A stretch of DNA of 50,498 bases from an uncultured bacterium (GTDB taxonomy: Bacteria; Hydrothermota; Tepidihabitantia; CAYHGV01). The number at the start of each line of letters is the position of its first letter. The first letter of the stretch is position 1. Shown here piece by piece: positions 9,010 through 16,922 of the stretch. The notes beneath the pieces were generated by a model that saw only the letters and a list, made by a program, of their open reading frames with translations, was not told the DNA's origin and did not search any database. Made by a program: the position numbers and the translations under genes. The DNA lies in assembly GCA_964356135.1 (NCBI GenBank), contig CAYHGV010000003.1:1-50498 (forward strand). Reading direction: 5' to 3'.

Positions 9010-11064
9010 TTGGAAGACCAGAGCGATGAGACGGGCCCTCCCTATCCCATCCATGATATTGATACCTGCGAGGTTAAAGTTTTGCCCTACATCGCTTCAA
9101 ACTTTTCCGGTATGACCGCTTATAACACAGGGCGGAAGGTGGAGTTAGGGGAGTGGTATTATGACCCCGGATCAGAAGGAAGGTGGGATTGGACGGTGTA
9201 TACTGGTGCACAGGCAGGCATCGCCTGTTTCGACCGTTACGACCCGATTCATAAAATTTGGTTTACACCCGATACAGCCGGTGTCGGTCTATACCCCTCC
9301 TTAGCTGTTCACCACTGGACGCTAGGGCAATCGGCATTTCTTGGATCGCTAAGATGGGAGCATCCAGTGATAGCCTGGTTAGACAATTCAAGAAGATCGA
9401 TTTGGTATTGGTCTGAAGGGTGGCCGCAGCCGCAGCATCCTCCGTATCAACTCCCTCCACCTTTTCCCGGTTCTTATTACCTCTCACCACCCAGTATCGC
9501 TATCGGGAAGGATTACTACGGCGAGGATACGGCTTTTGTGGCATGCGAGTATATTTTGGAGCCCGGCGCCCAACTGCCGCCATTTTTTGGAATAGTCTAC
9601 TGGCGGTTTCCGGTTGACAGTCCTGAGGTTGCTACTCAGCATATTCTCCATTCCTGGTCGCAAAACGCAAATTTTGTGCCGATTGATACTTTAGGTGTGG
9701 TTTTAGGAGTGATGCCGAAGGATACTGTTGGGATGACGCCTTATTTTGGTTGGGAGCAGGAAGGCGATATCTGGGGTGCGGCGGTTTTACCGCCGTATAA
9801 TATTATTCTAAAGGTGAATATCTCCGATACCTTTGCTATTCCCTATCCCTGCAAACAGCCTGCCGGCGATGTCTACGGCTCGTTTATTGGTGGGGTGGTG
9901 GTTATGAAGGCACCCGCAGGTGATGTGCTTTTACGGGGTTATCTTGGCCCGGGTTCGCTGTTTCGAGATGCGTTTATCATCGATACCGTCACCACGAGTT
10001 ATGGCGGTACGATCTCCTGGCCCACCATCCGTAAAGGTGTCTCGGTCACCTGGCAGGAGTATAAACCGTCCTGGCAGTATTCTGAGGTCTATTGTCGGGA
10101 CTGGGATTGGATTCATTACCAGTGGTATCATGACCCGCTCAGCAGCACCGCTTTTGGCAACGCCTATTTCCCGCACGCAGAAATCTGGCAACCGGCTATT
10201 GACTCCACCGAGCGGTTCTGCGTCTGGACCGAAGAGATAAACCCTAACCAGTACCTTTTAGCCCAGAACTTAAAAATCTCAGGAGCCGACTACGCTCAAA
10301 CCTTGGCTCAAAATCAAACGCTGCCGGACAATTTTGTCATCGTTCCTTGTTTATATATCAGAGGCGCAGTCCCGAATCCGCAGTTCTTTGCGGTTCGACG
10401 GGACACATTTGTCATTTACAATAACGAACCCTGGGGCAGGGTAGACAAAGGACAGGATTCGTTGGTATATACTCTACCGCTGTTACCCGAAGCTCACTAT
10501 GGGATGATGGTAGAGATCTATGTGGAAGGAAAAGGCGGTGAGTGGATAGTTGCCTTAGATTTCGGTGAGAAAACTGAGGATACGATTAGCTTTGTGCCGG
10601 GTGAGGTTAAAAGAAACTGGTATTCATTACCCCAGGCGACATACAGAGACGGCAGGGCAACAATCAGGCTAACGAGGGTGAGGGGCGACTTTACCCCGTG
10701 CTCAAGGATAATCGTCTGGGAGTATGGTTTTCGGGGGGCTTTGGCAGGACGCGCCCAAGCAACTGCCGATAAAGAACTGTTACCCAGAATTTTTGCCCTC
10801 TATCAAAACTTCCCCAATCCATTTCGGCATGCGACCACCATCAAATACCAGTTGCCCATAGAGAGCTATGTTGGTCTAAAGGTCTATGATGTCAACGGAC
10901 GATTGGTGAGAAGGTTGGTGGATGGAAAACAGAAGCCGGGGTATTATACCGTCTCCTGGGATGGCAAAGATGACCAGAACCGGAGGCTTGCGTCGGGCAT
11001 CTATTTCTATCGGTTAGAGACGAAAGAGTATAAATCAACCAAAAAGATAGTGCGGTTGAGATAG
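9010..11064 (+). CDS. C-terminal part of the same secreted protein, with FlgD-Ig/T9SS-type sorting tail
   Basis: No signal peptide or SD; ends QNFPNPF..TTIKY..LKVYDVNGRLV..WDGKD..SGIYFYRL..KKIVRLR. Confidence 0.85.
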   Translation: MEDQSDETGPPYPIHDIDTCEVKVLPYIASNFSGMTAYNTGRKVELGEWYYDPGSEGRWDWTVYTGAQAGIACFDRYDPIHKIWFTPDTAGVGLYPSLAVHHWTLGQSAFLGSLRWEHPVIAWLDNSRRSIWYWSEGWPQPQHPPYQLPPPFPGSYYLSPPSIAIGKDYYGEDTAFVACEYILEPGAQLPPFFGIVYWRFPVDSPEVATQHILHSWSQNANFVPIDTLGVVLGVMPKDTVGMTPYFGWEQEGDIWGAAVLPPYNIILKVNISDTFAIPYPCKQPAGDVYGSFIGGVVVMKAPAGDVLLRGYLGPGSLFRDAFIIDTVTTSYGGTISWPTIRKGVSVTWQEYKPSWQYSEVYCRDWDWIHYQWYHDPLSSTAFGNAYFPHAEIWQPAIDSTERFCVWTEEINPNQYLLAQNLKISGADYAQTLAQNQTLPDNFVIVPCLYIRGAVPNPQFFAVRRDTFVIYNNEPWGRVDKGQDSLVYTLPLLPEAHYGMMVEIYVEGKGGEWIVALDFGEKTEDTISFVPGEVKRNWYSLPQATYRDGRATIRLTRVRGDFTPCSRIIVWEYGFRGALAGRAQATADKELLPRIFALYQNFPNPFRHATTIKYQLPIESYVGLKVYDVNGRLVRRLVDGKQKPGYYTVSWDGKDDQNRRLASGIYFYRLETKEYKSTKKIVRLR

Positions 11065-11153
11065 ATACTGGCAAGTCATAAAAATTACAGGTTTTAAAAT
11101 GTGCTTTGCAAATGAGTTTTAGTTGATTTGGCGAACGGCTCAACAAGAGATCA

Positions 11154-12878
11154 TTATGTGAACAGATACCAGGCGTAGGCGATGGCGCCGGCTAAGACGA
11201 AGCTCGAATCGACCACCGCTTCGGTCCAGAGTCCGGGAACGATAATTTCCTGGCGGTAGAGGAAAAGGTAGCAGAAGACATAGAGCACGGCGATTAATAA
11301 GAAATAACCGAGCGGGGATGTCCATTTCAATACCGTCGCCACCAGCAACAGGATACCTGAGAGACCGGTCAGCGAGAATAAGAGGATTTTCGTTTTTTCA
11401 ATGCCGAGGAGAATCGGTATCGTTTCCCGACCGACAATCATATCGCCTTGAATATCTCGGATACTGATAATAACCGAACGGACAAAGGCTAAAATGAAAG
11501 TAAAGATGAGCGCGGTGAGGGTGGCTTTGGTAAAATGGCCTTTGGCGGTGAAGAGATGGAGCCAGACGAGAACCACCGCCCAGGCCAAGGCAAAAAATAT
11601 GTCTTTCGATGCCGGGATATCCATCAGCCGTCGGTAGCGGACCCGCTTGAACAGTCGTTCGGGAATAATCCGGACGCGATAGAGGATACCCAATGCCGAC
11701 ATGCCGAGGATAAAGGCGAAGGGGACGATGCCGAGTTTCAAGGCTAAGCAGAGCGCACCGAAGGTGGAAATAATACCCAGGGTAATGAGCAGTTTCTTGT
11801 ACCGGTTGTAAAACTGAATACGGAGCGGTTCGGAATAGGTGATAGCGGTTTCTTCGGTGAACTGATTTAAGAGGTGGATGGCGAAGATATAAAAACCGGC
11901 GATGAATTCGAATTCGATTTTTGGTACAATTCCCTGAAGACGGCAGGCGGCATAACTCAGACTGGCCGCTCCAAAGGCGATATAGATATTGCTCTTCAAA
12001 AGAAATCGGAGGGCATGGTTAAAAAAATTTTTCCCGGCGGCTAACTCCTCCAACCTTCCGACAACCCGCTGGATAAGCCAGTTGGGAGTGGAAGCGCCGG
12101 CGGTGACCCCGACTGTTTTAAACTGTCTCATCCGTTGCAGGTCGAGGTCATTCTCGGTCTCAACATGAAAGGTGGGAATCCCGGCAGCGTGTGAGATTTG
12201 AGCAAGCCGGGTAGTATTGGCGCTATTTTTGCCACCCACGACCACTATCGCATCAACTTCTTTTGCCAGTGCAACCACCTCGGCTTGGCGTTGGTAGGTT
12301 GAATTGCAGATGGTATCAAAGATCGTTGCCCGGGGATAGCGGTGCTTAATCGCCCGAGCGAGCTCTTTAAAATGTTCAATATTTTGGGTGGTCTGGGTAA
12401 CGACGCAGACCTTCTCCAGCGGGGGGAGATTCGTTACATCTGCCGTTTTTTCGATAACGACACCATTCCCTTCGGCATAACCCAGAACTGCGGTCACTTC
12501 GGCATGTCCGCGATCGCCGATAATCAGAATGGTAAAGCCTTCTTTGGTATACTGCTTGACAATACTCTGGACCCGGGCGACCTTGGGACAGGTTGCGTTG
12601 CAAATACGGGCGGCAGTATCCCGGATTTTTTTAAGCTCATCGGGCGAGACGCCGTGGGTGCGGATAGCAACGGTCGCATTGGCAGGCAGGAATTGGTCAA
12701 GGTCATTCAAAACCCGAACCGATTTTTCTTCGAGCATCTCTATAACCTGGGGGTTGTGAATGAGTGGTCCAAAGGTATAGACCCGGCGGTCGGGCTGGTT
12801 GGCTAACTCCAACGTCAGGTTCAGCGCCCGCCTGACCCCCATACAGAAACCGGCGGTCTTGGCTAATTTTATTTTCAC
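11154..12878 (-). CDS. ispH: 4-hydroxy-3-methylbut-2-enyl diphosphate reductase fused to a UbiA-like membrane domain
   Basis: GFCMGVRRA, IHNP, HG, ATCPKV, QTT, TICNST, SANT, TAGASTP; then about 290 aa polytopic domain with RDIQGD..VGRETIP. Confidence 0.93.
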   Translation of the reverse strand: MKIKLAKTAGFCMGVRRALNLTLELANQPDRRVYTFGPLIHNPQVIEMLEEKSVRVLNDLDQFLPANATVAIRTHGVSPDELKKIRDTAARICNATCPKVARVQSIVKQYTKEGFTILIIGDRGHAEVTAVLGYAEGNGVVIEKTADVTNLPPLEKVCVVTQTTQNIEHFKELARAIKHRYPRATIFDTICNSTYQRQAEVVALAKEVDAIVVVGGKNSANTTRLAQISHAAGIPTFHVETENDLDLQRMRQFKTVGVTAGASTPNWLIQRVVGRLEELAAGKNFFNHALRFLLKSNIYIAFGAASLSYAACRLQGIVPKIEFEFIAGFYIFAIHLLNQFTEETAITYSEPLRIQFYNRYKKLLITLGIISTFGALCLALKLGIVPFAFILGMSALGILYRVRIIPERLFKRVRYRRLMDIPASKDIFFALAWAVVLVWLHLFTAKGHFTKATLTALIFTFILAFVRSVIISIRDIQGDMIVGRETIPILLGIEKTKILLFSLTGLSGILLLVATVLKWTSPLGYFLLIAVLYVFCYLFLYRQEIIVPGLWTEAVVDSSFVLAGAIAYAWYLFT

Positions 12879-12883
12879 CGGTT

Positions 12884-12913
12884 ATATTACCTAAGGCAGA
12901 GTGAACGAGTCAA
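12884..12913 (-). promoter_or_regulatory. Sigma70-like promoter for ispH, probably leaderless
   Basis: Minus strand TTGACT-N18-TAATAT, 5 nt before GTG. Confidence 0.5.
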
Positions 12914-12950
12914 GGACAAAAAATGAGAGCTCTGGCAAATTATCAAAATT

Positions 12951-13072
12951 ATCACGAAATCCGCCACGCAGTATGGCGGACACGGAATTCACTGAATAAT
13001 GATATTATAGAATACAAATAATAACCCTTCCGTTCCGCCACACACTATGGCGGATTCAGTGTCTTCGGTGGT
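12951..13072. repeat. Inverted CACGAA/TTCnGT repeat tracts, each carrying a TCCGCCA-N7-TGGCGGA hairpin (12960-12980, 13034-13054)
   Basis: Perfect 7-bp stems with 7-nt loops inside cacgaaa/cacggaa/cactgaa and ttccgt/ttcagt/ttcggt units. Confidence 0.85.
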
Positions 13073-13097
13073 TTGTCAGGGTTCTAAACCCACATGC

Positions 13098-13125
13098 TTG
13101 ACAGTCGGGTTTTGGATTTTATAAT
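13098..13125 (+). promoter_or_regulatory. Consensus sigma70 promoter
   Basis: TTGACA-N16-TATAAT. Confidence 0.8.
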
Positions 13126-13174
13126 GCAGTGCAAATGAAAAAAACCAGTTGCGCTAACGAAGGGTAATCGGACC

Positions 13175-14230
13175 GTGCACGTAACCCCGGTTGATATCGG
13201 TTTATTCGTAATCTTTGTTTTTGTTTTAATCGGTCCATTCGTGCTCAAGTTCATTGAACGCAATCTCGAAGCATTTCTGTTCCTGATGGGGGTGCTGGCG
13301 GTAACGATCGCCGGGGTCTGGCAGATTCGGCTGATCAAAGAGGCGCTGTTGGAACCGATTGTCAAAGGTATCGTGCCGGCGGTGCTCGTGGCAGGGTTAC
13401 TCTTCCATTACGGGCGAACCTATGCCGACCGGGGAATGAAGTCACTGTTACGGAAAGTGCCGCTCAAGGTAATCGTTTTTGTTATCGTGGTTGTGCTCGG
13501 GCTGGTGTCGAGCGTGATTACCGCCATCATCGCATCGTTGCTCCTGGTTGAATTGATGCACCTTCTGCCGCTCGACCATAAAACCCGGGTTAATCTGGTC
13601 ATCATTGCGTGCTTTTCAATTGGGCTGGGTGCGGCCCTGACTCCGATTGGTGAACCGCTCTCGACGATTGCGGTGACCAAGCTCCAGGGCGCACCCTATC
13701 ACGCCCATTTCTTTTTCCTCTTTAAGTTGCTCGGCGCTTATATAATCCCGGGCGTGATAGCGATGGGTATTGTCAGCATATTTTTCACAAAAGAAAAAGT
13801 TTCCCACATTGAAGTCCTGGCTGCCGAGAAAAAAGAGCCGTTCAAAGAGGTTTGGATCCGAGCGCTCAAGGTCTATGTCTTTGTTATGGCGCTGATACTG
13901 CTGGGGAGTGGATTTAAAGTCATTATCGATAAATATTTTACCTGGGTTCGGGCGGAAGTGCTTTTCTGGTTGAATATGGTGTCGGCGATACTCGACAATG
14001 CCACCCTGGCAGCCGCCGAGATCGCACCCAGTCTGCAACTCGCCCAGATCAAAAGTGCATTGATGGGGCTTTTGATTGCAGGCGGTATGCTCATACCCGG
14101 GAATATTCCCAACATCATCTCGGCTCATAAACTGAAGATCACAAGCAAAGAGTGGGCACGGTTGGGGGTGCCGCTCGGACTGGGTGTGATGGTCATTTAT
14201 TTTGTCGTTATTTTCATGTTGCATTTATGA
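13175..14230 (+). CDS. DUF1646-family membrane protein (putative ion transporter)
   Basis: IERNLEAFLF, GAALTPIGEPLSTI, LDNATLAAAE, GGMLIPGNIPNII. Confidence 0.85.
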   Translation: MHVTPVDIGLFVIFVFVLIGPFVLKFIERNLEAFLFLMGVLAVTIAGVWQIRLIKEALLEPIVKGIVPAVLVAGLLFHYGRTYADRGMKSLLRKVPLKVIVFVIVVVLGLVSSVITAIIASLLLVELMHLLPLDHKTRVNLVIIACFSIGLGAALTPIGEPLSTIAVTKLQGAPYHAHFFFLFKLLGAYIIPGVIAMGIVSIFFTKEKVSHIEVLAAEKKEPFKEVWIRALKVYVFVMALILLGSGFKVIIDKYFTWVRAEVLFWLNMVSAILDNATLAAAEIAPSLQLAQIKSALMGLLIAGGMLIPGNIPNIISAHKLKITSKEWARLGVPLGLGVMVIYFVVIFMLHL

Positions 14231-14275
14231 ACGTTTCGAGTTATAGTATCCGCATGACGAAACCAAGGATTAAAA

Positions 14276-14617
14276 TTGAGAAATCCTAAGCCCTGGCAGA
14301 CGCTGCTCTTCTTTGTCTGGACCTGCGGGATTTTTGCGGCGTTGTTTTTACCGCCGCCCAAGATTAAGGTTATTGAGACTCCTGGTCTGGATAAAGTAAT
14401 CCACTTCGTTCTCTATGGGGTGTTTGGTGTGCTGGCGCTGCCGGTTATGGGCTGGTTATCGATCCCGGGAGGGGTGATATTGGGGATCACGACCGAGTGG
14501 GGGCAGAAGCTCATTCCCCACCGGGCTGCTGACCCGGTCGATTTTTTATTTGATATGATTGGACTTGGGGTCGGGATACTTGGTTTAGTGATCTATCAGC
14601 GAAGGAGAAAGCGATGA
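14276..14617 (+). CDS. VanZ-like membrane protein
   Basis: DKVIHF..Y, TEWGQ..IPHR.AD..D motifs. Confidence 0.8.
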   Translation: MRNPKPWQTLLFFVWTCGIFAALFLPPPKIKVIETPGLDKVIHFVLYGVFGVLALPVMGWLSIPGGVILGITTEWGQKLIPHRAADPVDFLFDMIGLGVGILGLVIYQRRRKR

Positions 14618-15885
14618 AATACCAGCGACCGAAAGGAACGCGGGACATTTTTCAGGCAGAGGCTCGAAAACGGTTCTGGCTCCAAACCCAATGCCGGCAG
14701 GTTTTAGAGCTCTACGGTTTCGAGGAGATTGAGATTCCTACTTTTGAGCACACCGAGTTGTTCACCCGTTCGATTGGCGAGGGGTCGGATATTGTCGTCA
14801 AAGAGATGTATACCTTCACCGATAAAGGCGAGCGCAGCTTGACCTTGCGGCCGGAAAGCACTGCCGGCATTATTCGGGCAATTATTGAGAACAACACCAC
14901 CCTGCCGGTTCGGTTATTCCATTACGGACCGATGTTCCGCCAGGAGCGTCCACAGAAAGGGAGGTTCCGCGAGTTCTACCAATTAGGGGTGGAAGTGGTG
15001 GGCTTGGCTTCTGCCCTGGTTGATGCCGAGCTGATTGAGATGGCGACCCGGCTGTTTCGGCAGATAAATATCAAAGATTTTTCGGTGGCAGTTAACACGG
15101 TCGGCTGCCCGAACTGTGGGCCCGGATTTAAAGACGAGCTGGTCCGATTCTTATCGGCTAAAAAGTTGGAGTTATGCGAAGACTGCCATTACCGGCTGGA
15201 GCGTAATCCCTTACGGGTGTTTGATTGCAAAAATGAAACCTGCAGGAAAATATACTCCGATGCACCGAAGACGAGAGAACACCTGTGCTCGGAGTGTCTG
15301 GAGCACTTTGAGGTCTTTCAGGAGGCGCTTAAAAATTATCACATTAACTTTTCGATCAACGACCGGCTGGTGCGGGGGATTGACTACTATACCCGGGCGG
15401 TGTTTGAATTCGTTTCGCCGAAATTGGGCGCCCAGGACAGTCTGGGTGGCGGCGGCCGCTATGACAATCTGGTCGAAGAACTGGGCGGTCCCAAAACTCC
15501 GGCAACCGGTTTTGCCTTGGGGATTGAACGGCTCGTCCTGGCGGTGGATGAGTATCCCGAAGTTCGGTTGAAACCGGTCTTCGTAATCGGCTTGGGCGAA
15601 AAAGAATTAGCAGCCGGCACTCGATTGGGCGAGCAATTGAGGAATCAGGGGATATCATCGGTACTGGGATACAGTGCCTCGGAACGAGTTACCTCGGAAC
15701 GAGGTGCGCTCAAACCGTTGCTCCGCCAGGCTAACAGTTCCGGTGTCCGGTATGCGGTCATCATCGGGCCGGATGAACTCGCTTCGGATTCTTATTCGCT
15801 CAAGGATATGGAAACCGGCGAACAGAAGACATTAAAAATCGACGAACTCATCACCTTCCTTAAATCTGAGTGCAAAGAATGCTAA
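14614..15885 (+). CDS. hisS: Histidine--tRNA ligase
   Basis: KGTRD, LRPESTA, FRQERPQKGRFREFYQ, LVRGIDYY, GGGRYD, GIERL. Confidence 0.98.
   Translation: MKYQRPKGTRDIFQAEARKRFWLQTQCRQVLELYGFEEIEIPTFEHTELFTRSIGEGSDIVVKEMYTFTDKGERSLTLRPESTAGIIRAIIENNTTLPVRLFHYGPMFRQERPQKGRFREFYQLGVEVVGLASALVDAELIEMATRLFRQINIKDFSVAVNTVGCPNCGPGFKDELVRFLSAKKLELCEDCHYRLERNPLRVFDCKNETCRKIYSDAPKTREHLCSECLEHFEVFQEALKNYHINFSINDRLVRGIDYYTRAVFEFVSPKLGAQDSLGGGGRYDNLVEELGGPKTPATGFALGIERLVLAVDEYPEVRLKPVFVIGLGEKELAAGTRLGEQLRNQGISSVLGYSASERVTSERGALKPLLRQANSSGVRYAVIIGPDELASDSYSLKDMETGEQKTLKIDELITFLKSECKEC
15677..15704. repeat. In-frame direct repeat/hairpin CCTCGGAACGAG x2 inside hisS
   Basis: Copies at 15677-15688 and 15692-15703 encode ASERVTSERG. 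Confidence 0.75.
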
Positions 15886-15932
15886 GTGTCTCCGCGTATA
15901 TCCGTGTCGGTATCCGCGATTTTCCGCGTCTT
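15886..15932. repeat. TCCGYG short-period repeat tract between hisS and the epimerase
   Basis: tccgcgt/tccgtgt/tccgcga/tccgcgt units. Confidence 0.6.
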
Positions 15933-15937
15933 TCGAT

Positions 15938-16891
15938 ATGAAGGTGCTTGTTACCGGCGGTGCGGGATTTATCGGTTCCTGGGTTGTGGATTTGCTCATC
16001 CAGGATGGATATTCGGTCGTGGTCGTCGACGACCTCTCGACCGGTTCAAAGTCGAATCTCAACCCCAAAGCAAAATTTTACAAGGTCGATATTCGCACAC
16101 CAGGATTGGAAAAGGTCTTTAATCGGGAAAAGCCGGAAGTGGTCTGCCATTTTGCCGCCCAGACCTCGATTGCCACTTCGATCGAGGAACCCAGATTCGA
16201 TGCCGATGTCAATGTGGTCGGTTCGCTCAATCTGATGGAGGTGAGCAGACACTCCGGGGTCAAGCGGTTCGTTTTTGCTTCATCGGTGGCGGTTTACGGC
16301 GAGCCGGAATATTTGCCCTGTGATGAGGTTCATCCCACCAATCCGCTCTCACCCTATGGGGTGACCAAGAATACGGTCGAGCACTATCTCTATGTTTACT
16401 GGATCAACCATAAATTGGACTACGTCGCATTGCGATTTACGAATATCTATGGTCCGCGTCAGAACCCATCGGGTGAAGCCGGGGTGGTTGCGATTTTCAG
16501 TTTTAACATGCTCAACGGAAAACAGGTGGTGATAAACGGTGACGGTAACCAGGAACGGGATTTTCTGTACGTGGGCGATGTCGCTTCGGCGGTCGTGGCG
16601 GCGATTAAAAGCCCGACCGCGGAAGAACGCCATCGCCATCCATTGAGTTCGACCTACAATCTCGGCACGGGTGAGGCAACTTCGGTCAATGACCTGTATG
16701 TTCATTTCACCGCGCTTACCGGTTACGAGCGGAGGCCGCTCCACGGCCCTGCCCGGCCGGGTGAAATCTATGAAATCACGGTCGACAGCTCAAAGGCAAA
16801 GAAAGATTTCAACTGGGAGCCAAAAACCCCGCTCGCCGACGGTCTCAAAGAAACCGTCGAGTGGTTCAGAAAGAGCAAGAAGAGTAATTGA
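15938..16891 (+). CDS. NAD-dependent epimerase/dehydratase (UDP-glucose 4-epimerase-like)
   Basis: TGGAGFIGS, SSVAVYG, YGVTK, NIYGPRQ, RDFLYVGD. Confidence 0.93.
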   Translation: MKVLVTGGAGFIGSWVVDLLIQDGYSVVVVDDLSTGSKSNLNPKAKFYKVDIRTPGLEKVFNREKPEVVCHFAAQTSIATSIEEPRFDADVNVVGSLNLMEVSRHSGVKRFVFASSVAVYGEPEYLPCDEVHPTNPLSPYGVTKNTVEHYLYVYWINHKLDYVALRFTNIYGPRQNPSGEAGVVAIFSFNMLNGKQVVINGDGNQERDFLYVGDVASAVVAAIKSPTAEERHRHPLSSTYNLGTGEATSVNDLYVHFTALTGYERRPLHGPARPGEIYEITVDSSKAKKDFNWEPKTPLADGLKETVEWFRKSKKSN

Positions 16892-16922
16892 AAGGTGTGT
16901 TCGATCTTACTATGAGATAGCA

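Noticed and set aside
12951-13072. Repeat-spacer-repeat as a mini CRISPR
   Set aside because: Only two 21-nt palindromes with different loops; dispersed copies elsewhere; no cas genes
16671-16922. N-terminal extension of the RM ORF
   Set aside because: Overlaps the epimerase gene; plausible protein starts at ATG 16923
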